Shown here: positions 22,805 to 34,908 of the stretch, piece after piece
Position numbering within the stretch: position 1 is the first letter of the stretch
Layout: each line of letters begins with the position of its first letter
Assembly: GCF_964355755.1 (NCBI RefSeq)
Contig: NC_092676.1
Span: 3,387,888-3,451,887 of the forward strand
Direction: 5' to 3'
Length of the DNA: 64,000 nucleotides
Source of the DNA: Antedon mediterranea
Lineage: Eukaryota > Animalia > Echinodermata
Translations under genes and position numbers: made by a program
Notes under the pieces: generated by a model
The model's input: the letters and a program-made list of their open reading frames with translations, nothing else
Told to the model about the DNA's origin: nothing
Databases searched by the model: none

Positions 22805-24520
22805 ATGGCTCATTCTCAATATTGGACATTGCTGTTCTTCAAGTTTCTGATTATATTTCATATATCTCACTGTTGTCATGCGCAGTACTACAATTTTACA
22901 GAACATCCACAATCGGTTCTCGTTGCAGACGGACAAACTACAACGCTATCGTGTGAATGGACACCAGCATTGAATAACAACCATCTCGTAACATGGAAAT
23001 ACGATCGTGTTAATAGTCCTAAACGAATTGAAATTTCAGATACAAAATACGCATTAATGAACGAAGCAACATCTTCAAGTCTTTCCATTTCTAATGTTGG
23101 CTCTGGTGACGTAGGCAACTACATTTGTGAGATCTTCGAATGTGATTCATACAACAGTGTCTCATCTTCTACATTTGCTTCTCTAGTATTAGGAGAATTG
23201 ATATGTAATCCGGAGAATATTGTTGATATAGGAACAACGCTGATATGCTCCTTCACCTCTTCTGATAATTCATATATTATTAATTTACTATGGTATAACA
23301 ACGGAAAAAAAATAACTTCGGGACAACAACAAAACAATGATTTAGAATCAACGGCTCTGACTGCCGAAGACGAAGGAGGTGTATTTACTTGTAAAACCAC
23401 TATCGGATTTCAAAGTCAAGCGACAGGAACTTGTGAAACTACTCCACTAGTATTTCCAATAGATGCAGAGATTCAACAATCACCACCAGGTCCACTTCAG
23501 GTTGGTGATAGCTTTAATCTTACCTGCGTAGGGAAAGGTAATCCTGAAAATTATAATTACGAATGGACGTGGAATAACAACCCAGTAGAATCTATGACAG
23601 ATAGTCGATTTGCAATTGGCAATATGGTTATTGTGAATACTGTATCAGGCAGTGACAATGGCAAAATGGTTTCTTGTACTATTAGTAGTGGTGGTTACAG
23701 AAGTATAGCGAGCTATACAATAAACATTTTGGATCAGACGTCGAGTACAACTACAAGTATGTCGACACCAGATAGGCCTACACGTACGCAAAAACCAATT
23801 ACGGCGGTCAGACTCACAATACCTGATGACCCGGATGACATTTCAACAACAGTAATGACTACACGTTTAAAGTCGACACTAGATACACGTACGCAAAAAC
23901 CAATTACGGTCAGACTCACAACACATAATGTTCCGGATGACATTTCAACAACAGCAATGACTACACCAGGTACACGTTTGCAAAAACCAATTACACATCA
24001 ACTCACAACACATAAAGTCTCGGAAGACGTTTCCGCAACAGTAGACCTAATGAATACACGTTTAAACACAACACCTGTTACTGTAACGCGTTCTATTACA
24101 GAAATCCTAACGGTTGTAATTATCGTAGTTGCAATTTTACTCGTCGTTTCTTTGATAATAATAATAAGCCTATGTGTTTATTTGCAAAAAAGAAAAAAGA
24201 AAAACACAACTCCTTCAAATCGACTGTCAAATAATCTTGAGCACGTTTACTATTCCATTACGTCATCTAGCGCACACGTGACCTCGACAGCCAGTAACAC
24301 TAAGTATGATTATGTCATACACCCGTTCACACGCAATACGGAAGAATCCACTCCTGAGTACCTTGAATTGGACGATGGTTTCCAAGATGGCGCACCAAAA
24401 TCAGCAAGTAATACAGCCGCTGATTACGATGATGTTGCATCGGAACAAACAGATACTAATAACAAAGAGTACAAATACGAAAATGGTATGCTGCGGGATA
24501 AAGGTATCAGAGAGACATAA
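22805..24520 (+). CDS. G6: divergent 3-Ig receptor with a long repeated mucin-like stalk and class-C-related tail
   Basis: ATG 22805 in ORF 22790-24520. Three TR(T/L)QKPIT stalk units; TM ILTVVIIVVAILLVVSLIIIISLCVYL; tail YDYV, EYLEL, DYDDV, KYEN. Confidence 0.88.
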   Translation: MAHSQYWTLLFFKFLIIFHISHCCHAQYYNFTEHPQSVLVADGQTTTLSCEWTPALNNNHLVTWKYDRVNSPKRIEISDTKYALMNEATSSSLSISNVGSGDVGNYICEIFECDSYNSVSSSTFASLVLGELICNPENIVDIGTTLICSFTSSDNSYIINLLWYNNGKKITSGQQQNNDLESTALTAEDEGGVFTCKTTIGFQSQATGTCETTPLVFPIDAEIQQSPPGPLQVGDSFNLTCVGKGNPENYNYEWTWNNNPVESMTDSRFAIGNMVIVNTVSGSDNGKMVSCTISSGGYRSIASYTINILDQTSSTTTSMSTPDRPTRTQKPITAVRLTIPDDPDDISTTVMTTRLKSTLDTRTQKPITVRLTTHNVPDDISTTAMTTPGTRLQKPITHQLTTHKVSEDVSATVDLMNTRLNTTPVTVTRSITEILTVVIIVVAILLVVSLIIIISLCVYLQKRKKKNTTPSNRLSNNLEHVYYSITSSSAHVTSTASNTKYDYVIHPFTRNTEESTPEYLELDDGFQDGAPKSASNTAADYDDVASEQTDTNNKEYKYENGMLRDKGIRET

Positions 24521-25227
24521 CAAAATAAAGTACGCAACTATCAATTTTCTACGCATGTATTGGAACTACGATTACGTCACATTGGTGCGTACACGGCGTT
24601 GTTTGCTGATGAACGAGTCAATCGTGTACGAAAACTGTCTGATTTATATCTAAAGCAAACGTTAGAAGCATACAGTATGAAACTTAATCAAATCAATCAA
24701 TCATTGTATAGAAACCACTATCCCAACAGAGGTCTTGTTTAACATATAGCAAGATACATCTGCGAAGAAAAACAAGTAAATTGTAATTCTCATTACACGA
24801 AGGACAAAATAGACCGCACCATGGATCTAGTTTAAGTTTTAAAAAGGATATGCCTTCAAATAAATTTTTATATAATATTATAACAGTTATTTTATATAAA
24901 CCACTACCACCCCCATGGTCTAATATAAATCTAAATAAATAAGTGTACAGTTATATGCATTTAAAAAAGAGTATAGCAAAACATGTTAAGCTTGTATAGA
25001 CACAACAAAAGGAATTGACCAATGACAAGCGACAGTTCGAATAATACATTGCTTATGATTGGTAAAATTATTTACGTTGCGTTACGTCCTTGTGTTGCGT
25101 CTCTAGTGAGAACCAAGCATTAGAGGGAAAATGTACGCAATATTAGTACAAAATTATATAATTATTAGGAAGGAAGGAATATAGATGTACAGATTATGTT
25201 TAAATAACATAGTATAAAATGGCTCCA

Positions 25228-25340
25228 AGTAACGAGAGGAAAGCCATGAATAAACGTTATACTTATTTGATCATCATCAGGAATCGATGATCAAATAAAG
25301 ATTGAAACATTCAATCATGGCTTGCCTCTCCTTATTACTT
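25228..25340. repeat. Imperfect inverted repeat (~110 bp, MITE-like hairpin)
   Basis: gagaggaaagccatga...ttatttgatcatc / gatgatcaaataa...tcatggcttgcctctc. Confidence 0.6.
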
Positions 25341-25624
25341 AAGAAAACAACAACACTAGATTATTAACGAGCAATACGACAAGAATAACACAGGAATTAG
25401 GAAGGCAGGAAGTTTTACGAAACTATTTTAAAATGTATTGGTTTATCAAGTTGTCCGGTATCGTGTTTTGTTTTCACTTTCATTATGTTTCTAAGTGTAC
25501 AATGAACGAATAAAATAATGCCAGTCAATTATCTATCAACATATTATTGGTTAAGGAAACGAATTATAATATAAGTAACCTCCTAAATGATATTATGTTA
25601 GGCATATACAAACTTTCATTGTCT

Positions 25625-25790
25625 ACAAAGATTAATAGTTCACCCTCAACATTGGACTATGTTGTTTTACAAATGCTTGATTATATTTAATTATTATACA
25701 CTTGTTAAAAACCACCGATATCGGTTATCGTTGCGAAAAGACAAACACCAACGTCATCGTGTGAATGAACACCAGAATTATATGCAAACG
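25625..25790 (+). pseudogene. Decayed 5' end (signal peptide and start of D1) of a family member
   Basis: tcaacattggactatgttgttttacaaatgcttgattata ... tcggttatcgttgcg ... tcatcgtgtgaatgaacaccagaa resembles paralog 5' ends, with stops and indels. Confidence 0.6.
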
Positions 25791-26644
25791 ATGTAATATC
25801 TCAAATAGACGCAAACTCCGCCTGGTATAGAGGGTGAGGAGGCAATTTAGAAATCCAGAAACAAACTAAACATAAATCTATGTATATGTTTCCATCTAAT
25901 TGTAGCCTTACGTTAATCTAGTCAAACTAAGTGTTCAATGCTTACAAAACAAAGGAGGGGCCAATGCGGGGTTGGGGCGTTACACATTTACTGTCAATAC
26001 ACCTAGAGGTCTAGTCCTGCAGCCAAATCATGTTCCTTAGTTTAGAACATCAAATCGTAAACGACGCTCTCTAAGAGAAGATAGACATTTAAGCAGTAAG
26101 TTATCTTTTCATTAAAAAAACAATATAATGAGTACATATATTTAAATCAATAGTATGTTGAAATTACTATACTTGACAATACAGTGTTAATGTTCAGAAT
26201 TGTTAATTCTTATTCTTGTCAGTATTTATCAGGTATTCCTGTCGTGTGTGGCAGCAGATAGCAACTTACATAAAAAGAAACAAGGAAGATCAAACGTTTT
26301 AGTTCTAAGTTACTCGATAGGGGGCGGTATGCATTATTACTATATATTTTTCTTACCTATATAGAATGGAATAGGTTAAAATAACTTTATACAGGTTACG
26401 TAGTTGATGCAAATATCACTTTAGCAGGAGTACGCTACAATACAGTACACATTAATCAGAACGACTGAGTGTTACAGAGTATTATTTGTACCAAGGTGTG
26501 TGAACGTTAACAGCAACTATACAATATTAAGGAATACAGTATCGTTAAATTTGGTATACAATTCTGGACATTTTTTATTCGTATAGTCTTGAATTTGATA
26601 AGTAAGTAAATCGATCCCGGAACTTAACAGTCGCAGTGTTTATA

Positions 26645-28306
26645 ATGGCTCATCATCAATGTTGTACATTGCTGTTGTACAAGTGCCTGATTACATTGTA
26701 TAGTGTATTTCACTGCTGTTGTGCACAATCCTATACATTTACAAACGGTCCAGAATCGGTTCTCGTTGCTGAAGGACAAACAGTAACGTTATCTTGGGCA
26801 TGGACACCTGAATTGAATGAAAACCATTTTTTTAAATGGGTATACTATCCTGTTGGTAGAGCGGGTCAAGTAATTGAAAGTTCAACGTCAAAATACACTT
26901 TCACAAAAGGTACAACATTTTCAAATCTTTCCATTTTGAATGTTGGTCCTAATGATGTAGGAACATACTTGTGCCGTATCTCCGAAGGTGATCGTCTATA
27001 CAGTTACAGTGAAACTACTTATGTAGTGCTAGGAGTGTTAACGTGCAGTCCAGAATATGATAATGGTGACAAAGGAACAACGATGACATGTTCTTATGCT
27101 TCATCTTATCCTGCATATGCTATTGATTTACTATGGTATAAAAACGGGAATAAAATTACTTTAGCAGCACAACTACAAAATGGTATCAAAGAATCAAGAG
27201 CTTTGACTGCTGAAGACGATGGAGCTGTATTTACTTGTAAAGCCACAATTTATTCTGAAAAGATAGGAAGTTGTGAGACTACTCCGCTAATATTGAATAT
27301 AGATGCGGAGATTGAACAATCTCCGCCAGGTACACTTCAGGTTGGTGATAGCTTTACCCTTACCTGCTCAGGGAAAGGTAATCCTGAGTATTATAATTAT
27401 ACATGGACGTGGAGTGGCAAACCTGTAGGATCGTCATCAAATGAAAGGCCATTTGTAATAGGTAATTTGCTTATTGTGACGTGTGTATCAAGCAGTGACA
27501 ATGGCAAAATAGTTACTTGTACCATTAGTCGTGATGGCCGTAACAGCAGTACAGCGAGGTATACAAAACACGTCTTAGAGAATACGCCTACTGTTACAGA
27601 CTTACTATCAGCAAACAATGTCACAGACAACGAGCCTCAAACATTGATTATTGTCATTGGCGTAGTTGCAACAGTTATTGTGATTTTGATAACAGCAATT
27701 GTAATTTTCATTTTACATAAGAGGCGCAAGAAACAGGATGACAAAAAGACAAAACCTGAAAATGTACCATTGAAAGAACCAATGTATAGTAACACTGATA
27801 AAAATATTAACAGTTCTGAAAAATCACGCATACAAAATGGCCCTCGAAGTGAAAAGTTGAGAACAGATTTTACAGTATATGATGAGCCTACGATTTCAAG
27901 TTCAAATACTCAGTTGGAGACTATGTACGCCGAACCTGACAGGTTAGTAACTGGTCACGATGAAAGGTATGACACGCCACGGAACGCTATAAGTCTTGAT
28001 AATATCGATTCAGTGAGTACTGATCAAGCGAGTAACGCTAAGCCAAGAAAAACAAAAAGCAGAGAAAGTATTGATGCAATGTACGCGAAACCGAACAAGT
28101 CTCGCAGTAAAGAAAGTATTGATGATCTGTACGCTACGCCTAACAAACCGACTGCAAGAACGCCAGAGATTACCTGCGAAGATCCTACTAAGAAAAACGT
28201 AGAAGGCCTAACATACGCAGATATAGAGTTTAAAGGTGGTACGTCTCCAAACCCTGAACCACAGGACTACGGACTTGATTACGCAACTGTACAGATTATG
28301 AAGTAA
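26645..28306 (+). CDS. G7: 3-Ig receptor, short stalk, class-B ITIM-like tail; D1 lacks the first (B-strand) Cys
   Basis: ATG 26645. TLSWAW instead of TLSCEW; tail MYAKP, LYATP, LTYADI, LDYATV. Confidence 0.88.
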   Translation: MAHHQCCTLLLYKCLITLYSVFHCCCAQSYTFTNGPESVLVAEGQTVTLSWAWTPELNENHFFKWVYYPVGRAGQVIESSTSKYTFTKGTTFSNLSILNVGPNDVGTYLCRISEGDRLYSYSETTYVVLGVLTCSPEYDNGDKGTTMTCSYASSYPAYAIDLLWYKNGNKITLAAQLQNGIKESRALTAEDDGAVFTCKATIYSEKIGSCETTPLILNIDAEIEQSPPGTLQVGDSFTLTCSGKGNPEYYNYTWTWSGKPVGSSSNERPFVIGNLLIVTCVSSSDNGKIVTCTISRDGRNSSTARYTKHVLENTPTVTDLLSANNVTDNEPQTLIIVIGVVATVIVILITAIVIFILHKRRKKQDDKKTKPENVPLKEPMYSNTDKNINSSEKSRIQNGPRSEKLRTDFTVYDEPTISSSNTQLETMYAEPDRLVTGHDERYDTPRNAISLDNIDSVSTDQASNAKPRKTKSRESIDAMYAKPNKSRSKESIDDLYATPNKPTARTPEITCEDPTKKNVEGLTYADIEFKGGTSPNPEPQDYGLDYATVQIMK

Positions 28307-29331
28307 ATTTTTTTACGCAACATTTACCAGTACGTTTATTGTTACATTTATCATTAGGAATTAACCTTTGACATGTGACGTAACCGCATCGTTCAATATT
28401 GCTTGTACTGTATATACAAAGCTATTTTAATGCAATGTGTATTATTATAGGCCTAACAAGTAACAGTAAAACGAATTTCTATCGTAATGTTATACGTCAT
28501 ACGCATCTCAACAACGATCATGAAGGAATTTGTTGAAATTACTGGGATGCTAAAATTTTATTTTATTAGAAACAGTATAATTCTAAAGATTTTCTGAAAT
28601 ATCAGATTTTAGCCACATGGCAAGTGAAGCGTTTTGACAAATCATGGACACGTGTCCCACAAAAAAAAAATACAACTAATATTGGAAAACTTTCTCCATA
28701 ATTTCAAGTTTAACTTTATCTACGGAGGCCTAGCTCAACACGGATGTTCTTTGCTGCAGCCGTGCTATAGAAAGGACAGCAGTTGTGTACAAAGTAGCAG
28801 TAAAATAATCTTATAATGATAAAAAACAGGAAAGTCCCAAAGTTTAAATACAAGTTACACTCTAGGGGGCAGTATATCCTGCTACCGGTTTTACCTGACA
28901 TTCGATAATCTGTGACAATAACTTGAAACCGGATATCCAGTTATATAGCATATAACGAGCCTAACGTTCAAATACAGTGATTTGATACAGTACACAGGAA
29001 TCAGATCGAGTGAGTGTTTAAACTAGAAAAGCTGGCTCTTTCTGTATATATCGTAGCATTTTACAATACACAGTGATTAGAAACAGAATCATAATCGAAA
29101 AGGTGCTTAAACTGGACACAATTTCTATCATAACAAACGCGTGGCAACATCAACTAACAATATAATGTATACAGTTTTACATCGTATTAAGTATCTTTAA
29201 ATCATTGAAATCTAGTACTTCTCAACGTTTTTGTTCCGTACCAACAATCTCTATTTTGATAAGGAAATAATTTACACCAATCTATAGCAATATTTGGAAC
29301 TCAATCATCTGAAGAAAATACACAGTTCGTA

Positions 29332-31349
29332 ATGGCTCGTCAGCAATTGTACATTGCTAATTATATTGTATAGTATATTTCACTGCTGTTTTGGAAAAAC
29401 ATATTTGTTCACAGAAGATCCACAATCGGTTCTCGTTGCAGAAGGACAAACAGCAACGCTATCGTGTGTTTGGAAACCAGAATTGTTCGAACAGCATAAC
29501 TTTGAATGGGTATTATTCCCTCAGGATTACGGTGAATCTCAATCAATTAAAATGTCAAATTCAAAATACAATTTAATAAATAACGCAACATCTTCATATC
29601 TTTCCATTTCCAATGTTGATTCTGATGACGCGGGAAACTACAGGTGTGATATCATCGGAATGAATGAATTCAGTTATTCTGATCAGGCTGCCGTAGTGAT
29701 AGGAGAAATAATGTGCAATCCAGAATATGATAAAGGTGAGATAGGAACAAAGCTGAAATGTTCTTATACTTCTTCTTATCCTTTAAATGATATTTATTTA
29801 CGATGGTATAAAGACGGAAATATAGTAATATCAGACACAAAAGACAAACACGTTTTAGAATCAAGAGCTTTGACTGCTGAAGACGATGGAGCTGTATTTA
29901 CTTGTAAAGCCACAGTTGGATCTCAAGTGATAGGAACTTGTGAAACTACTCCTCTAGTATTGACTATAGATGCAGAGATTGAACAATCACCACCAGGTCT
30001 ACTTCAGGTTGGAGATAGCTTTAATCTTACCTGCTCAGGGAAAGGTAACCCCGATTATTATGAATATGAATGGACGTGGAATGGCAACCCCGTACGATCG
30101 TCACCAAATGAAAGTCGATTTTCAATAGAGAGTGTAGTTACTGTGAAGGATGTATCAAGCAGTGCTAATGGCAAAATAGTTACTTGTACTATCTGTCATA
30201 GTGGTCGTGACACCAGTGTAGCGAATCATACAATCAATATTTCAGAGAATATGCAAAGTACAACTGCACGTTCACACACAACACAAGTTACGCCTACTGT
30301 TACAGACCTACTATTACCAACCATTTTATCTGAAACCAAACTATCAACAAACAATGTCGCAGACAACGACCCCCAAATATTGATTATTGTCATTGGCGTA
30401 ATTGCAGCCGTTATTGTGATTTTGATAACAGCAATTGTAATTTTAATTTACATTTTACATAAAAGGCGCAAAAAACAGGATGGCAACAAGACAAAACCTG
30501 ACAATGTACCATTGAAAGAACCAATATACAACTCTGATCAAGAAAGTATTATTGAAACGCGCGTAGATGGCTCTCTGCGCGAAACGCTGATAACAGATTT
30601 GGCTGTATATGATGAACCTGCAATGTCAGACACACATGGAAACTTGCAGATTGTTTACGAAGACCCTGACGTGCCGCCACACGGCCAATTAACAGAAAAA
30701 GACAAGTATGATTATGTTACATCAGAAGAAATGACAGTTGAAAGAGAAAGCAAAAACGAGTATGACTATGCGGCAATAACAGACACTCACAGTGCCGAGA
30801 TGACAGATGAATCAGACATTAAAAATAACTATGATTATGTGGTATCAGTAGACACCCACAGCACAGAAAATGAATATGACGATGTAACATCAGCAGACGA
30901 TCAAAACGATGAAACAGAAAATGAGTATGATTATGTGGAAACATCAGGCATAGGCGCCACAGAAAAAGAAGGCTCTGCAGAATACATTGAACTTGTTGAT
31001 GACAACGCCGATGTCGCCTGTCACCAGAGGAAGCCACTAACAACTAATATCTAATATGCCTGCTGCATCCAAGTACAATGTTGCTTCAATGTCACAAACT
31101 TATAGAGCAAATGATAATGAGGCTGAGTACGAAAACAGTAAATTACATCGTCCCAAAGGTATCTCGACTTCTGACAACTCAAACACACAGTTATCACAGA
31201 GATCAAGAAGAGATGGAATAACCATTTCAGATAATCGCGAAGATGACGTCACCAAGGTGCATACGAGTACAGTTGAAGTACCTGATACAAACGACGTGTA
31301 CGAAAATGCATAGGTACGAACAAAAGCAGCGAAGGGTTCTAAGAAATAG
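29332..31349 (+). pseudogene. G8: probable pseudogene, class-A tail
   Basis: ATG 29332 is out of frame with ORF 29354-31054 (small deletion in the signal peptide). The tail is disrupted near 31010-31056 and has TAG at 31311-31313 in place of TCG. Confidence 0.75.
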
Positions 31350-32715
31350 AGGAAGAAAAACAGAACGAAACGTACAGAATAGTAATACAAAAACCAACAA
31401 TGAAAAGTGCACAAACGCATATTATCATAGAGACTACTGTCTCCAACACGTACAGGAGTGTGACTTATTCTTAAAAGTATTGTGAGACTAGCATGGGCCA
31501 TGATACTTCCATGGTAAGAGAAATAGAAAACTAGGCTAAATATATACGTTTATATCTTGAATTATTATAGCATGAGTTAAAAAAATATTGAAATTTTGTT
31601 TAAGGAAGTAAATTAAAAATATTATATTAGAAATAATCAATTCTGAGATGAACATAAACCAGAAAAGGGAAAGACAGGAAATATTAACAGATGATTAGCA
31701 AGAATTAAAACCGTACACAAATCAGGAAAGAAAAACAGATTTAAGGTCATCGATAACATATCCTTATTTGGCATGAAATAAGCAACAATAAAATATCAAC
31801 ATGTGCAAGTACACGTGATCGCCAACACGGTTTTTCCATGTTTCTATATAAAACTACGATTTTATACGTCATTAGATTTCTATATAAATATAATTTAAAT
31901 ATTAAACTTTAAGCAACAACTTATTATTGATCAATATTTACACGTTGCAAATTAGTAATTTTGTGAATAGGTATTTAATATATTTCGTATCATTTATATA
32001 AATATTTCTATTTATATTTTTGCTTTAAGGCTATCATTTTTATACTACAATAATTTTAAACTAGTTCAGACTTATGTTTTTCTTAGCAGAATAAATAAAT
32101 AAATAGTATCAGATATCACAAATGTGTGAAGGAATACGTTTAAAATGGTAACGTACCGTATTGTAAATATATAGTATCTTATTTCATAATGAATAACATT
32201 AAAAATATTATTTTATTCTCTCAGCTTGAGTGTAGGCCTACTACTCACAGTACGGTCATGTAAATATAGTATCTTATTTCATAATGGATAACAAAAATAT
32301 ATTTCATTGAATATGTAATTAATTGTTGCTATAATCGATTATTATTATTAAATATATTATAAAGAGCCATCAAATTAAACTTCGTTTGTACTTGTTTGTT
32401 GATTAAGGAACAAATGAATGAAAAGAGCAGCAGTTGAGATCAACGGTTAACGAGAATAAGAAAGTTGTAACCGAATAGTGACTAGGAAGGAAGACTTTGA
32501 GAATTTATACAAAGCGACAAATATAAATGTCAAAGGTCTTAGCTTGGTTATTTCAAACCCAAAATGCATTTTCTTTTACGAAATAAGGCCAAACATATCA
32601 GGGAAACGACATCCTTCTAAACATTGCACTGTATATAGTTCTTGATACATTTAAAACATTTCTGAAATAACTGTCCCGAAATGGAATTTGTTTAAAAGAT
32701 ATCTACACTAGAGTA

Positions 32716-34559
32716 AACAAGGCCAACAGCCATTAAGTCGCGTGCTACAATGCATAGTGATACCGGACCGACAGACAGACCGACAGACAGACCGACAGAC
32801 AGACAGACAGAGAGACCGACCGACCGACATAGTGAACTATACTGACCGAAATTACTGAACATGTTTAAAAATGTTGAAATGTTTAAAAACATTTATTTTT
32901 TTTTAATTTACACGTGCGTAGCCTGTCACTTTCGACGTGCTCGTATAACGTAATTTCGAGTTGAAAAGTAAGTCAAGAAAACAGAAATCGGGCAAAAAGA
33001 GTGCGCAATAACATTTAACGCGCAGTGCGCGCGCAAAAATATGCGCACTCATGGCAATTTTGTAAACGCTTAAAATTGCCTGAAATGTACTCTTATTTAA
33101 TCGAAAATAAATTTTGAAAATGTTAAGCGCGCGTAATAAAGTTTATTTGTATATATTTTTATATTACATCTAACAGTACCAACACTCACAGTAAGAAATT
33201 TGCGATTCAAATTGGGATCAAAAGTGGTTAATACCTTAACAGTATTGTACAGCATTGCAATACTATTTATGTTTATTCTCCAAGGGGGCCCATAAATCTA
33301 AATCTATACCTCTATGGTTAAACCAAATAATTTGGAATGTTTATTTGTATATTATATGTTTATAATCTAACAGTAGGGCCTACCCACACTCACAGTAATA
33401 AAGTTTATTTGTATATATTTTTATATTACATCTAACAGTACCAACACTCACAGTAAGAAATTTGCGATTCAAATTGCGATCAAAAGTGGTTAATACCTTA
33501 ACAGTATTGTACAGCATTGCAATACTATTTATGTTCATTCTCCAAGGGGGCCCATAAATCTAAATCTATACCTGTATGGTTAAACCAAATAATTTGGAAT
33601 GTTCCATTCATCACAAATCAATACATTTGTAAAAACGTATATTAAATGTATCAAAATAGTATTTTTTAAAGAAAATCGGCCTGTCTTCAACATTATGATG
33701 CTGTACTCGAACTGTTCAACCGGTTTTCAGCTATTAAAAACAATTATCGTAGGAGGAGATAGGAAAATGCGAAGCCTCCTCGCATTTTTGTGGCGGGTAT
33801 TTTTCAAGATGGACATCCATTAGACAGTGTATACCACGATCGGAAAACACCCCTATTTGGGGCAAATCGTTGAACCTAAATTCGTTTTAATCGTCAATAA
33901 CTAATTATCTAACTTAATTTAATTAGTAAACAGGGTTACATCAGGTGGTTAAAATCAGTACCGAAAGTACGAACCAACTTTATATACCATCGAGTAAAAA
34001 TTCTAGAAGTAAGGCGCGATTTACCGAATTTTGCCCTTACGTAAATTTATATATAGATATTGTTCCTCGACTTTCATTAGAGATTTTTAGTCGCGTGGAA
34101 GCGACTCTATAGTTCACTATGTCGGTCGGTCTGTCGGTCTGTCGGTCTGTCTGCGCAAAATTCATTTTTAATCAACTTTCTACGCGTTTCTTGTCATTTT
34201 GAGCATGTCAAAAATTCCCATACGCGCGCAAATTTTTACGCGCGTGGTGCGCACGTAGCGTTAAATACATACTTTTTCGCGTGATTTATGTTTTTGCAGC
34301 CTTTTCTAATAATTTTACCATCTTTTAAACAATTTAGACTTAAAATTACGTCATACGAGCACGTCGAATTGGATAATTTGCGCACGTTTTTGATGAAAAA
34401 GTTAAAAAAATTCGTCAAAATTATGCCTTTTTAGTCGCGTGGACGCGACTATAGTTCACTATGTCGGTCGGTCTGTCTGTCCGTCTGTCTGTCGGTCTGT
34501 CTGTCGGTCCGGTATCATTATGCATTGTAGCACGCGACTTAATGGCTGTTGGCCTTGTT
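32716..34559. mobile_element. Cluster of Helentron/DINE-1-like non-autonomous elements (HINE-like) in opposing orientations
   Basis: Complete short unit 34428-34559: ttttagtcgcgtg subterminal IR, (GTCY/GTCG)n microsatellite, cacgcgact and a terminal ggc..gcc hairpin. 5' end copy at 34084-34153; inverted 3' copy at 32716-32840. Further inverted blocks at about 32930 and 34345. Confidence 0.6.
33134..33602. repeat. ~260-bp-period tandem duplication
   Basis: taataaagtttatttgtatatatttttatattacatctaacagtaccaacactcacag... at about 33134 and 33396, both ending ...ggttaaaccaaataatttggaatgtt. Confidence 0.85.
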
Positions 34560-34908
34560 AAACAATGTTTCAGTTATAAAGCGCCTATGTATTTTAATAT
34601 GATTCCTAAAATCATTCGACAATCTGAAAATATTATTTCCTTTAAACGTGAACTTAAAGAATTTATTTCCAGCTAATATTGTTCGTATTATATATATATA
34701 TTTTATCTGTCAACGATTTTAACTTGTATATGAATTTTATAACCATTGTAAATTTTTAGGCCTAATTTATGTCATTTGAATATTCAATATTTTATGTGTT
34801 TTACTGTATGTATGTTTTATCGAGGGCCCTAAATGATCAGTTCAATTAGGAACTTGATAGGCTACTCTCAGTAAAGATGGAAATAAATAAATAAATAAAT
34901 AAATAAAT
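34560..34908 (+). mobile_element. 3' fragment of a CR1/L2-type LINE
   Basis: C-terminal peptide FSYKAPMYFNMIPKIIRQSENIISFKRELK, followed by a 3' UTR ending in (AAAT)n at 34881-34908. Confidence 0.65.

Noticed and set aside
24988-25118. Possible additional Harbinger-type MITE
   Set aside because: Only the right terminus (tagtgagaaccaagc) is clear; the left TIR is too degraded to delimit.
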